NCBI GenBank assembly: GCA_964016885.1
Contig: OZ024741.1
Location: 236,964,001 to 237,028,000 of the forward strand
Origin: Eledone cirrhosa
Taxonomy: Eukaryota
DNA length: 64,000 nucleotides
Direction: 5' to 3'
Position numbers and translations under genes: made by a program. This document shows, piece by piece, positions 1-13,356 of the stretch (position 1 is its first letter; the number at the start of each line of letters is the position of its first letter). The notes beneath the pieces are model-generated. The model was not told the origin of the DNA, ran no database searches, and worked only from the letters and a program-made list of their open reading frames with translations.

Positions 1-223
1 GCCGTAATGTGGCCGTGTAGGTAACACGGTAAAAACCTTCCGGTTCCACACTGTAAACGTGGTTGGTGTTAGGAAGGGCATCCAGACGTAGAAAACCTGC
101 CAGACAGCCCTATACGTGCGAGACATGGTCACCCGACCAACCTTGCCTCAAGTAGGACAAATTCCCGTCTAAACCCATGCTAGCGTGGAAGATAGATGTT
201 AAACGCTGATGATGATGATGATG
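1..223 (+). mobile_element. RTE LINE (subfamily A) 3' UTR ending in (GAT)n
   Basis: Matches the 3' UTR after the RT ORF at 57100-57318 (ggttggtgttaggaagggcatccag...aacccatgc...gttaaacg) and ends in gatgatgatg. Confidence 0.85.
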
Positions 224-224
224 A

Positions 225-962
225 ATTGACAAGCACTTCCCTAAACTTCACAAATACCATAAAATCTTTAATAGAAATACTATCAAACTATCTTACTCTA
301 CTGCAACCAACATAGAATCACACATACAGAAAATTAACTATAAAAGAATCTCTAATACAAATAGCCTTCAAACAAGCACCATAATACCAAATACAAAACA
401 CATACACATAATGACATCACAACCATACACACATCAGAATACATCACAACAATACATCAACAAACCCAAATCTCAGCCCATACATAACAACATACAAAAC
501 CGCATCGCTGAACCGGCACATAGGAAGGCCTCAAAATGTAACTGTTACTTACCCGATAAGTGCCCACTACAAAATAAATGCCTTGAATCTAATATAGTGT
601 ACCTATGTATTATAAATTCAGGCAACTTAGCATGGCACTACATAAGTTCTACGGCGGCGGAGTTCAAAAAACGTTGGTACATCCACAGACATTCTATAAA
701 GAACCGTATACTAATGAATACAACAATACTCGCCAATAAAATCTGGCAGCTTAAAGATACAAACCAAGAATACAGGATTAACTCGTCTAAATTGTCAGGG
801 GCAATGGCCTACAAAATTGGTATGTCCCACTGTAGACTTTGTAATATGGAATTATTCCATATTTCAAAATATGACAAAATGCTGCTTAACAGCAAAATTG
901 AACTGTCAATTTTCTGTAGACATAAGGCAGCAAATAAATTTGATAATTTCAAACCAACTTGA
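225..962 (+). mobile_element. Penelope-like element ORF C-terminal fragment (linker + GIY-YIG endonuclease), possibly Naiad-type
   Basis: Frame is open from 225: IDKHFPKLHKYHKIFNRNTIKLSYS...CNC..KCPL..CL..NIVY...HYISST..FKKRW..H...IWQLK...CRLC..E...LLN...CRH..KF. This is a typical PLE endonuclease layout with YIG degenerated to YIS. Clade call is tentative. Confidence 0.8.
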
Positions 963-1500
963 TTCGACGCAACAATTCCATAATTCAAATTATACCACCT
1001 GAGTCTATTATCATCATTGTTGTTATTATCGTTATTAACTGTCAATGAATCAACATCATAACTTACTATATTTTCTCTTTCAACTTCTTTCCCTAAATTT
1101 ATTTCATCTCTTACATTATAACCTATCATATTATCTTCACTTCTAATATAACTTCCAATTTATTAATTTAAATAATACATATATGAATATATTTAATACT
1201 TTCATGTTTATACCATCATATCTTTATATTTTAACCACCAACACCACAACTATTTTCAACAATCATATTATGTTCATTTTTTTCACACACACATAAAAAA
1301 TTTTTATTTATTTTTTATCATCTTCGCTATAACTTATTTATTATTATTCATTTATTATCACTACTTTTATTTTTTCACTCTACTTTTCTTTTTCTTTATT
1401 CTTTTTTTATTTTTTCTTTCTTTCTCTTTTTTCTCTCTATCTTTTTCACTCTCTATTAATGATGTAATTTGAATTTATAAACGCTGTGTATAATTTTTTT

Positions 1501-1612
1501 CAGTTATCTGATGATTTGGTTAAGCATATATCGTATTTAAAATTGAGTGACACAACTTCAAGTGATTAGCAATTTTAAGACAACTTAACCAATGAAACAA
1601 TTGTTAATACTG
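1501..1612 (+). ncRNA. Type I hammerhead ribozyme motif in the PLE 3' pLTR, with an extended stem II
   Basis: CTGATGA (1508), then TTGGTTAAG...CTTAACCAA with inner TTAAAATTG/CAATTTTAA, GAAA (1594), palindromic CAATTG, TT; stem I CAGT/ACTG; AATAAA just downstream. Confidence 0.7.
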
Positions 1613-1674
1613 TAAATAAAACCCTTTTGGTACTGTTGACCATGTTATTTTTCACTCTTTCACTATATATACAT

Positions 1675-2010
1675 GGAGGCACATGGCTTAGTGGTTAGAG
1701 CATTGGCCTTGCAATCAAAAGGTTGTGAGTTCAATTCTCAGACCGGGTGATGTGTTGTTTCCTTGAGCAAGACACTTTATTTCACATTGCTCCCATTTAC
1801 TCAGCTGTAGAAATGAGATGATAGGGACTGGGATCCTTATCATTCCACTGCAAAGTGGTCGTGGAGGTGCCACGGCAAAAAAGCACCCAGCACTCACCGT
1901 AAATGAGGTTGGTGTTAGGAAGGGCATCCAGCTGTAGAAATCAAGCCAGAATCAGTTCCCGTCCCACCCTTGCAAGCAGGGAAAAAGCGGACATAAAATG
2001 AAAATGAAAT
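1675..2010 (+). mobile_element. tRNA-headed SINE with RTE-derived 3' tail
   Basis: A box tggcttagtgg, B box gagttcaattc, core ccttgagcaagacact, tail ccacccttgcaagcaggga..gcggac.taaaatga shared with RTE subfamily B; copies at 29305-29586 and 53280-53612. Confidence 0.85.
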
Positions 2011-3849
2011 GAAATATACATATATATAGTGAAAGAGTGAAGAATAACATGGTCAACAGTTCAAAAAGGGTTTTATATATATATATATTATATATACACA
2101 CATATATATATATATATATACATATGTTGATGACATATACGTACATATATATATACATATATACACATACATACATACATGTGATGGACAAGCAAGACAT
2201 AGTCCTTTAATCCTTTTCATAGTACAGTAACTTTTCATTGTTGTTCTCCTGATTTACCTTTTATTGCCCTATTTATGAAAAACAACATGGTGATTCTCAT
2301 TACATTGATGCATCTACACATATTTATACTTTTAGCTAACTCTGCATGTATAGACAGATGTTAACACCTTGTCTGTAAATATAATATATTGTAATGTAGA
2401 ATATAATCTGTAGATGTTTAGCCACTTCTGTATAGACAAAAGTAAACATGCATTTATATACAGTATCTTTGTGGACAGAAATAAAGAGCGATCAATCAGA
2501 CTAGTTTCAATCCTGTACTCAGATTTCATTAGTGATTTAATAGCCTCTTTAACTGTCCACAGAGACACTGTTTATAAACCCATTATTACGAGGTAAATTC
2601 AATAGACCAATTTGCACATATAATAGCACCAAGAATGGTGTCAGGTTGTAAAACCTTACCTCAAAAAGTACTCCATATGAAACTTGTCATGGGGCTTGAA
2701 AGGCTAATCCCTACTTTAGCAAAGAAACTAGCTTTAATGCACTCATTGTATTTCTATACCATACTGGGGGATTTTTTAACTATAAGCTTTGTTTACCTCT
2801 GCCTGTCATAAAAAGCAACTAAAAGGATTGGTGTCAGGAAGGACAACCAGCTGTAAAACATTGTCTCAAAACAACTAATCCAACCCATGCTAGCATGTAA
2901 AAATGATGATGATGAATGAATTGAAACCAGCCAGCATAACCTTTCTTTTCCTGTTCAGATATATATTTACAGACAAGGTGCTATGCTGTACTGCTCATTG
3001 GTTTCTCTTCAGACAGTTCCACACAATATCAGCTTTTTCCAGAAGAGGTTGCTAACCCCTTGACTGGTATTTTATTGACCACAAAGAATGGAAGACAAAG
3101 TCATCCCTAGCAAGTTTTGAACTCTGAGTGCAGAGAGCTGGAACAAATAGCACAAAATAACATGCTAATACACCATCATCAACATTTTATGTCTCTTTTC
3201 CATGCTAAACAGGTTGTCATGTTCTGAGGCTAGAGAGGTCAGATGACTGCATCTTACACAGTTTGACATGATTCTACAGCAAGATTCCCTTCCTAATGCC
3301 AATCCCCTCACAGCATATACTGCATGCATTTTATCATGGCACTGCCACAACAACCTAACAAGGCGAACTGGAAGCTTTTCCTCGTGGCATCAGCGCAACC
3401 ATTTTACAGAGTGGGCTGAGTACATTTTGTTGTGGCCCAAGAAGTTCACTTCACAACCTTGTTATTTCAAGTTCAGTCCCACTGCATGGCATCTTGAGTA
3501 AGTTTCAAGTTAACCAACTCTTTGTGAATGAAATTTGGTAGAATATGTATAAATGTAAGTGTCTGTGTTTACATTTACTATTTGTTTGTATCCCATCTAA
3601 AAAAAGATTGATATACTAAGCTTTTAAAAGAAAATATGACTTTAAAAAATACTGGGAGTCAATATGATCAACTAAATCCCCTCAAATTAGTGGTGTTCCA
3701 AAATAGTTGCTATATAATTACTGAAAATAGTAAAAGAGAATAAAAGAATGTGTGTATGTGTGAGACTATGTATGTATCTGGTTTTTTGTGCTGGCTTTCA
3801 AGAAATACACTGTGTCAATATAGATGATAATAATGTTAATAACTGTGGA

Positions 3850-4079
3850 TAGAGTATAGCCAAATGGTTAAGGAGTTCACTTTACAATCATTAGGTCCCA
3901 GGTTCGATTCCACTCGGAAGGACTGTACCCATAATTTAACTGTGCCCTGTTGAATCTTCCTGAAAATTACATTAAGGGTACATGTATCTGTGGAATGCTT
4001 AGTCACTTACACATTAATTTCTCAAACAGGTTGTTTCATTGATCAAACAACTGGAACATTGATTGTCAAAACCACTGGA
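3850..4079 (+). mobile_element. tRNA-derived SINE (second family, degenerate)
   Basis: tagccaaatggttaagg (A box), ggttcgattcc (B box), followed by a non-tRNA body. Confidence 0.6.
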
Positions 4080-4326
4080 TAGATTCATTTATTCATAACT
4101 ATAACTCGTTGCAATGCTGGGCCACCATTGCAAAGTTAAGTCTTCTTCTAGACATATATTAGATGTAGGTGCCTGTTTATTCACACATCTACACAAAGGA
4201 GTATGAGCATATGAAACACTGCATTGTGTAGTGCTACACTACTTTCAGTATTGAGCTGAATGTATTCATGGTACCTCTTAACAGCTAAATAAACTGAGCC
4301 AGTGACAATTAAGTTTTCTCATCATC

Positions 4327-4616
4327 AATATCATTTCATGTCTGCTTTTCCATGTTTGCAAGGGTTGGACAGGTCTTTTCCAGCACACCATCTTTCCACT
4401 CATTGCAGTCCTTTGTCATCTCTGTGAGCTTCATCAATTTGAGATCAAATCTGACAACCCTTACTCGGGTCGTTCTTGATCTCCTACTGCAACTTCCTTC
4501 TACTGGAATTTCATGGCACTTCTTCACCCAATGATCATCATCCATGTCCATACAAGTGCAGTCTTCTCTCCTGCACACATCTGACTCTTCTTATATCCAG
4601 CTTTTCTCTCAGATCA
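4327..4616 (-). mobile_element. Degenerate RTE LINE 3' end
   Basis: MDDDHWVKKCHEIPVEG...VVRFDLKL..MTKD..W..VLEKT, homologous to the 48181-48645 ORF. Confidence 0.8.
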
Positions 4617-7337
4617 TCCACTGATGAGATATCCTGTTGGTCAGCCCTAATTGAGCAGATCTATGATGAAAAGTATTCCAGCTATGACCGTCTTGTATTT
4701 AGAAGGCTATATAGCACTACAGTATCTAATGTATCCTTTCCTTTTATAAGACAGTTGAATGTGATTTGATTACTTTTTCTAGCTAGCAGATCGAGCAATC
4801 ACAAAGAAGCTTGCTCATTGTTAAGCTCCAGGTGAACCGTTATTGAGCAGACCAATGATTAAATTCATTCCAGGCATGAATCTCCTATCACCTTAGTGAT
4901 ATGTAAGGACTACATTATATAGAAAGAGCATCCAAGATAATATAAGGACTACATTATCTTGGATGCTCTTTCTATATACAAGAATGCAAGATATGATTCT
5001 AGGGGGATTTGGCTGCTATTTCTAGCAATTTGAACAACCACATAAAGGTTCTCTTGGTAGCTTATTTACCTACTTGGAAGTCTAAAACAGTGTCAGGCAA
5101 TGCAGCTGTAACTCTCTTATCATATAAACTAAATGTTAATTTATATAGGTGCTACACTATGCGGCTACATAGTTTTGAGTTCAGCCCCACTGCATTGCAC
5201 CTTGGACCAGTGTTTTTACTATAGCCTTGAGGAATATTTGGTGGATGAAAACTATGCAGAAGCCCATCACACATATATATATATGTACACATGTGTATTT
5301 GTGTTTATGTTTATACTGCTTAACAAGTAGTAGTTTGTTTTTGTTCTGTAATAGTGGTTAAACAAATAGAGATGGATTAAATATGTATTAAATTTGAAAA
5401 ACAATAAGTACTAGGTTTGATATGATTATTGGAACCCTTGAAAGTGGTGTCCTAGCATGGCTGCAGTTCAACAAATGAAACCAGTAAAAGAAGAATAAAA
5501 GAGAAAAAGGCGGTTAATTGGCAGAATTGTTAGAGTGTTAGATGGAATGTGTCAATATTTGGTTTGGCTAATGATTATTCTTAGTTCAAATCCCACCTAG
5601 GTCAGCTTTACCTTTCATCTTTCTAGAGTTAATAGTGTAGCAATCTAAGCCGGTGAACTGCTAGAACTGCTACTGCATCGAGCGAAATGTGCAGTGGTAT
5701 CTGTTTCAACTCTATGCATTCTGGTTTTAAATCTAATTTGGTGCCTTTAGTGGAGTCTACGCTATTGTAAGCATTTAAGCCATGTCTCCTGTTTGAAGAT
5801 ACCATCCTCCTTCCCTCCCACAAGTTTTGGAGGCCCTGAAAAGGAGCAAGAGCACTGCCCTTATTCTTAACTAATAAAAACATATAAAACATGTTGGCTG
5901 TCTTCAATCCAAAATGGCATAGATCATGAAACTAAAGAACTCAAGAAAATGATTTACAAAAATGTAGAAAGGTTCTCTTGTATTTTGATCTCATCTCTAA
6001 ATTCATGTTTAGATATTGAACCAGAGTCGATGGAGGTTAACATTGAATTTGATCCAAATTTAGCTTGCTTACGTTTATAAACAAGTGTGGTTAGATGGCA
6101 TTGACAAAGGAAAGAACAAGTTTATAAGTTAGGAAGAGCAAATACCAGTCGAAATAAAAGCCAGGTTAATGAATGGAAAATAAATATGAGCCCCATTCCA
6201 CACCATCTTAATAAATATGGTGAAATATCTAATTAATTTAAGAGGAAAGAATATTTAAATGGTGTGAAACATTTAACCCTTTTGTGACTGTATTTCAATT
6301 GATTACTGAAGAATTTACTAAAATCATTAATCAGTTCATTATTATGATAGTAACTTACCATACAGTCCTTATATAAAATTATGTTGGAGGATTTTAATTT
6401 AAATAGGAATCTTTTAAAATGGGTGGTTTTGCTTCACAGAAACAGGGCTGGTTTTGGGCAGTTTGGTATCAAAATAGTTAAGGAACATCAAGATGGCCAG
6501 AGATACCAGATTGGTTTACAAGTAGCAGATTATGCTACTTTTCTGGACTACTTACTACTATTTTTTTTTTTTTTTTTCTAATTTGGGTTACTTAATCTTT
6601 AAAATCATAATATATATTAAATTATCAACTTCTAAATTAGAACTCAACAGAATTCTTAAATTTTCAAAAAGTAGCAAATGGCCCATTTTGCTAGTAAATT
6701 AAATATGTGTATAAATATATATTTAATTTACTAGCAAAATGTGCCACATGCCACTTTTTGAAAATTTTGTGCTAATTTTTATGAAAGTGATTTGGCAACC
6801 ACTAAGATATCTGGAAAGCAAGCTAGATATATGAAATAGAATAGAAAGTATAGCTGAATCAAACAGTCAACATACTAATTGTGAGCAAAAAAACCCACAA
6901 AAGTAGATTCATACAGGATTTTTCATGGATACAGGTATAGCTGTTATGGGTTCAATTCACACTTGGCAGTAGTTCTTTGAGCAAGTGTCTTCTACCATAG
7001 CTTCAGGTTAACTAACACCTTATGTGGAATTTGGAAGATAGTAATTATACAGAAAGCTGCTTTATACTGGTTTTAAGAATAGGTACTCTATATCCCTGGG
7101 TATCATAAAGGGCAACAAAAAATTATTGGTATAACGAAGAGCATCAATCTGTAAAACAGCATCATAAAGTTCTGTTCAACCAATGCCAGCATGGAAAAGC
7201 AGATGTAAAAGGCATGACAATGACAATATAATGAAGAGTATTTGTTTTCCATAGAGCAACAGAAAGACCACAATTCAATGAAGTCATCAATACATTAAGT
7301 GGAGAAGGTACATAATGTACTTCAGATAAAAAAAAAC

Positions 7338-7389
<52 letters not shown>

Positions 7390-7594
7390 AGTGTATTTTT
7401 TTCTGTGTATCACTGTGTGTATGAATATATACATACATATATATATATATGTGTGTATGTGTGTTTCTGTGTATCATTGTGTGTGTATAGATATATACAT
7501 ACACCCCCCCACTCTCAAGCGTGAAACTAAAAACCATATCATTTGTACTGTACTGCCTCTCTGTTTTTTGTTCTCTGTTCATTTATTCAACTAC

Positions 7595-7633
<39 letters not shown>

Positions 7634-7637
<4 letters not shown>

Positions 7638-8311
7638 ATAGCTCTGGTTCATCTGAACCATTGAGCACTTGCCTCACATCTCGGAGGTTGTTTTTCGTTA
7701 TTTCGTGGGCCGAAATGCGAATCTCGATAATTTATGTTTGTATTTATCTCCAGACTCTAGCTATTGACCAGTTAATTTTCTTGATTATTTAGTTGATTCT
7801 ATTGACTGATGAATAGCTTATGTTAATTTTAACCCTTCTGTTGAGAACTCTATTCGATTTGTGATGTTTTTGCATTCTTGCAAAAATATACACAACTGAA
7901 TTTATTCGCCTGATATAGGGGCTGCCTCCCTTGCCGATCTCCACGTGGAGTCAGCAATAGTCAGTCCTTGTATTAACATTGAACTAAAACCTGTTGAGAA
8001 AGTGGCTTCCTTGTTCAATCATCTTACCAGAAGCCTGACATTATTTATGTAAGCGGACGGTACTTGATTTAGGAGCCGCAGAAACCCAGATTCTGGATTT
8101 TACCAACCTTCCAGGGGTCCGGGTAAATTTTCAATACCTGAATTACTTGATCGTTTTTTTGGCTATGCGAATGATTGTTTAACCATCGTCTCAGTGTGTT
8201 TGGCCTTGAACGTTTGTTATAGCTCTGGTTCATCTGAACCATTGAGCATCTCGGAGGTTGTTTTTCGTTATTTCGTGGGCCGAAATGCGAATCTCGATAA
8301 TTTATGTTTGT
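7634..8311. repeat. Unclassified ~680-bp element with ~100-bp terminal direct repeats, inserted in (TA)n
   Basis: tgttatagctctgg...gataatttatgtttgt at 7634-7741 and 8215-8311 (second copy lacks 11 bp); (TA)n on both sides. Confidence 0.75.
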
Positions 8312-8312
8312 T

Positions 8313-8356
<44 letters not shown>

Positions 8357-8363
8357 AACAAAC

Positions 8364-8418
<55 letters not shown>

Positions 8419-9009
8419 ATAATAAAATGTGGAGAGGAGGCACATGAGTTAGGATATATATATATATATATATATGAAAACAGGGAGAAGGAGACGATTA
8501 TGAGGAGGAAAAATTTTTTTTTTCCTTTTTTTTTGTGTCTCTTTTTTTCTGGGTTAGAAAATGATTAAAACGAAATGTTTTACTTTGTGTGAAGTATTAA
8601 GGTATTAGTTGATTTATTTATTATTTAACAATGGCATTTATTTATCTATTTATATATTTAATTATTGTCTATTACCGGTTTCTGCATTTATATGCATTAT
8701 CAAATGATAGTAAAATGTATTAGTGTGGTGTCGCACATGTTAAACAGAAGGTGCAGAAAGAATAATGTTATATACAAACAAAGTTTAAGAAGTGAAAAGA
8801 AAAAAGAAAAAGGAAAAAAAAAACGTGCATAATGTGGAACGTAAAAAGTCAATGTGGAAGAAAAGTTAATGTTATTTACAAGCACAGTCATTGAAGTTAA
8901 GCAGTTCAGCTGAGTAAACTGGAGCAATGTGAAATAAAGTGTCTTGCTTAAAGAAACAACACATCACCTGGCCCAAGTATTGAAATATATATATATATAC
9001 ATATATACA

Positions 9010-9948
9010 TCACATCCAATTCACAATGGAATACACCCAAGATCAACTCCCATTTATGGACATCTTAATCATAAAAAAAGACACAAATATTGAAACTGAC
9101 ATACACTACAAACCAACAGATTCCAAACAATACCTGCTATTCACCTCCAACAACGAAGACGAACATCCCTTTTAACCTAGCAAGAAGAATTTGCACAATT
9201 GTCTCCAATTATGAAACGTGAAATAAAAGACTTCAAGAATTAAAGGAAATTCTGCTCGAAAGACAGTACCCACCATTAGTAATAAATAATGGAATAGAAA
9301 GGGCTAAAGCAATAGGCATTGATGAATTATGAAAACAGAAACAAATTCAAGGTACGTCCAATATTCTATCATATATCTCAACACACAACCCAAGAAATGC
9401 GGAAGCTTACAACACTATTCACATGAACATCCCACTATTGAAACAAGACCCAAGAATGAAAAAAGCCCTTGAAACACAAAATAATCAAAAGCAAAAGACA
9501 ACCGAAATCACTAAAAACATTATTCACCAATGCCAAACCGACTGTCAAAAAATATGGTCGTTCTAATTGTGGAACCTGCACTCACCTCATTGAAGGCAAC
9601 ATATATACATTTCAATCAGGGCAAAATTTTGTTGTAAAAAATCACTTCACTTGCTCATCAAAAAATTTAATTTATGCCATTAAATGTAAAGGATGCAATG
9701 AAGATTATATAGGACAAACTAAAGGCACACTCAGAAACAGAATGACAATTCATCGCCAACAATTACGAGACCCTACCACAAGACAGATACCACTCAGTGC
9801 ACATCTAAACATATGCGCAAGTGATAAGACACCCAAATTCCAAGTCTTCCCATTTTATCTTTGTGCTGACAATACCACAGAACAAATACGAATAAATAAG
9901 GAAAATATGTTTATTCAAAAATATAGACCAGCATTAAATATAGTTTAA
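9010..9948 (+). mobile_element. 5'-truncated Penelope-like element (RT thumb + Cys linker + GIY-YIG), Neptune-like, disrupted
   Basis: IQFTMEY..LPFMDILI...IHYKPTDSKQYL...NLARRICTIVS (with stops and frameshifts), then GRSNCGTC...FTCSSKNLIYAIKCKGC..DYIGQTK..LRNR..IH...E..FI..Y.PALN. Confidence 0.88.
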
Positions 9949-11075
9949 TATACATTATGTTAACACCATAACATGCTAACCATCCAAACAGACACATACA
10001 TAAACACACACACACATAACACCTATATTCGAAAATAAAAACCAGAGCTAAATAATCCTTAACATACTCTAACACCTTAACATGCTAACCATACCCCCCA
10101 CACACACATAATTCCCTCCCCCATTTCTACTAACGGAATCATTTTCCTACACACACACACACAAATTCTCTCCATCTTAACATGCTAAACATACTCCCAC
10201 ACATATAACACCCATACACACACATATAACACCCATACACATAACTCCCTTCCCCCATTTCTATTAATAGAATCATTTTCCTACACACACAAGCACACAA
10301 ATAAAAATACATATCTCTATTTTCTTTATTTCAATAGAAAGTCTGAATTTTGACACCTCAGCACATCAGCCATACTCACTGAACCAGAACAATTCTCCCC
10401 ATCCCTTTTTTCTTGACCATTTTCTTTTGTTTGGCACAAAATTCTCTAAATGGCTAAAAATAAAAAAAATTCTCAAATATGGGTGCGATATTTAATGTAC
10501 TAGTTCATGTGACAGTCATAATTTCATTTATAACCAATCAAATTACATTTATAAAAAAAAGACTTTTTTGAGCCACTTTTTTAAGTAAAAAGAAACTCAA
10601 ACACAGACTGGCGCGAAAGTTGATGTACTTATTCACGTGACTACATCAACCAACCAAATTTGACTCATATATGGAAAAACAATCTGACCCCCCACCCCTC
10701 CTTTTTTTTAAAGGCAAATATAATATGAACTTTGTAATGCAAACTGCCGCGAAATTTATTATATTTATTCACATGACAGTCATCAACCAACCAAATTACT
10801 TTTCTAAAAACCTACCATTTCGAGCCACTTTTTTCCATATGAAACAGAAGTAACATGCGAACGCCAACCAGATGTGAGAAAAGCAACAAACCCTCCATCT
10901 CAATTCTACTTTTAAAAAGCATAAGAACTGTGAAACCGGTAAAGGAACCAAATAAATATTCTTAAAAAGACTCCAGTTGCATTTTCGATTTCATCTTTTT
11001 TCCTTATACTTTCACTCGTGTAGGACATCTCGTTTTTTTTTTCATTTTGTAAAAAAACCCCTCATTTTCTAATAC
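9949..11075 (+). repeat. PLE 3' non-coding/pLTR region with internal tandem repeats and a half-hammerhead
   Basis: ~100-bp duplication (10075-10290); three ~130-bp imperfect repeats (10485-10835); GAAA-CCGG-TA then AATAAA at 10932-10956. Confidence 0.55.
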
Positions 11076-11123
11076 ATGTATATATATACACATATATATA
11101 TACATATATATACACATATATAC

Positions 11124-11154
<31 letters not shown>

Positions 11155-11190
11155 CTTATATATATATACATATATACATACATATATACA

Positions 11191-11800
11191 TATCATCATC
11201 ATCATCATCATCATCGTTTAACGTCCATGTTCCACACTTGCATGGGTTTGGACGGGAGTTTTCCCACTTGAGGCAAGAGTGGTTGTCTTGCTCGCATAGG
11301 ACTGTCTGGCAGGTTTTCTACAGCTGGATGCCCTTCCTAACACCAACCACATTTACAGTGTGGGACTGAGAGATTTTTACCGTGTTGCCTACACGGCCAC
11401 ATTACAGCGTGGACTGTGTGTTTTTTTGTCATGACACCTACACGATCTCATTTGTTTCGGCCTGGATATTGTGGCACCAACGTAACTTTACATTGAAAGG
11501 GGCGGTGTGGATGGGGTGGGGGTGGTATTTTGTTAGAGATGCCTACTGACTGTAGTAGGTTTACTTTGTATTTTGGCAAGGCGGGTCTTCTCTATTACTG
11601 AGTACCGCCAAAGATCTCGGTCCAGTGACATTGTCTTGGAGAGGTGTAAGTGTGTGAGGTCGGAATTTATCAGGTCGTCCCAGGTTTTTCTGGGTCTGCC
11701 TACTCCGTGGCTACCGTCTATCTTTATTGCCCTGCACTTTTTTATACAGCTGAAGTCTTTTATGCGCATCACATGACCATACCAACGTAGCCTTCTCTCT
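11191..11800 (-). mobile_element. RTE LINE (subfamily A), 5'-truncated
   Basis: ERRLRWYGHVMR...GVGRPRKTWDD..DL...DRDLWR, then 3' UTR and (GAT)n tail. Confidence 0.9.
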
Positions 11801-11835
11801 ATATACATATATATATATATACACATATATATATA

Positions 11836-13355
11836 CTAGCTGAGGAACCCAGCTTCGCCAAGGTTAACAAATGATAAGAGAAGACCGGCAGAAGAGAAAA
11901 TGTCTGTATTGAATGCATTGTCTTGTTAACAGTGTGTGTTTGTGTATATATATGTGTGTGTGTGAGTGTTCGTGTGTGTGTGTGCCTGTGTAAGTGTTCT
12001 TGTGTGTGCGTGTAAACCACCGTTGGAATCGGAGACAAAGGCCGCAAAACACGATCATCACTGACAACGAACTCGCAGAGAGAATCCCTTATGGTTGATT
12101 CCCAACCTGCTAGAAATAGCAGTCAGGTTGGTTAGCATGCGTGGTATGTCTTTCTTCTTCTTTGGTGTTATAAAATTAATATCAATAAACTTTCCTGGAT
12201 ATACTCTTATCCCAATCCTGTACATACTTTCCGATTGTCACTTTTCAGTTTTTCCGTGTGATACGCGAAGGAACCAACCAACAAACATCTCTCTTTTATA
12301 TCTCTTTTATTTGTTCATCCAAAATATTTTTCAGCTAATTGTGTCGTACAATATACATCAGCAATCGTTATCTAATGTTTAAAACACATGAATAGCTGCA
12401 TCATATCAATCAAAAACGATATGAGAATTGAATACCATACTAAAGCGCCAGTAAGCTTGCTAAGAACCTACAGATAGAAATGTTAATAAATACAACATTT
12501 GGCTTGGGTAAACTTTAAGATGTTCTTTCATTGTAGGTTTCTTTTCTCAGCCAGTACGTTAAAGAAAATTGATAGTTACAACAATAAAGGTTGAACAGAG
12601 AACAAACTTTTTAACAAACTTTACAATAATTTGTACAACCATAATGGAAATTCCAAGTAACAGAAAAGACATAAATTACATTGTTAGAGCCTCAGAGCAT
12701 ACAATATTTTTTGTTCGGCCCTCGGGAGCAAAGATAAAGAGATTGTTTGGCGAGCTCACCCTAGAGCATCCTACATACAATTGACCATGGTTTTCCCAGA
12801 TGAAGGCCAGCCACTTTTAGGGTTTGACCCTGAGCTTTGTTGATGGTAATCACGAAGCTTAGTCTCTCTGTTGCTCTAGTAACATTTTTTCTTCTGGAAA
12901 ATCTGATCTTGCGGCCAGGCTATGACTTTTTGGGTGGCATATCAGCAGTAACAGTGACGATAAGCCATCTGTGCTTTCGTGAAATAAATATGTTTGTTAT
13001 AACATTTTTTCTTCTGGAAAATCTGATCTTGCAGCCAGGCTAGGACATTTTGGGTGGCATATCAGCAGTAACAATGACAATAAGCCGTCTGTGCTTTCGT
13101 GAAATAAATACGTTTGTTTATATTTTGTTTTTGTGTATGCTAAAATATCTGTACACCAAGCTACACCAAGAGGATTGCGACGATGAAGGAGATAAGCTAC
13201 TGGGAGAGATTAAAGAACTTAACCTCTACTCCTTGGAACGATGACGGGAGAGATATGTAGTGATCTACATGTGAAAAATCCTGGAGGGACTAGCACCAAA
13301 CTTTGGCATTGGGAGCTGGACCAACCCCCAAACAGGGCATTGCTGCATGGTACCA
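11836..13355 (-). mobile_element. Helitron-like element (3' terminus clear, extent uncertain)
   Basis: Minus strand reads aaccttggcgaagctgggtt (hairpin) cctcag-CTAG|T at 11836; internal 2 x ~120-bp tandem duplication at 12879-13120. The 5' end is not seen. Confidence 0.5.
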
Positions 13356-13356
13356 A

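Noticed and set aside
225-1620. Selenoprotein-type PLE (in-frame UGA plus SECIS)
   Set aside because: No in-frame TGA at conserved Cys positions and no convincing SECIS geometry.
2332-2596. Overlapping 60-78-aa ORFs with AG/GT-like borders (possible host exon)
   Set aside because: No recognisable domain, and no phase-compatible partner exon found.
6013-6080. Possible terminal exon (D)IEPESMEVNIEFDPNLACLRL*
   Set aside because: Too short, no recognisable homology, and phase is incompatible with the 2414-2592 candidate.
6273-6481. piggyBac-type MITE (TTAA-CCCT...GTTAA); also a hAT-like end cagtggttcccaaa at ~44306
   Set aside because: The partner TIRs are too degenerate to support boundaries.
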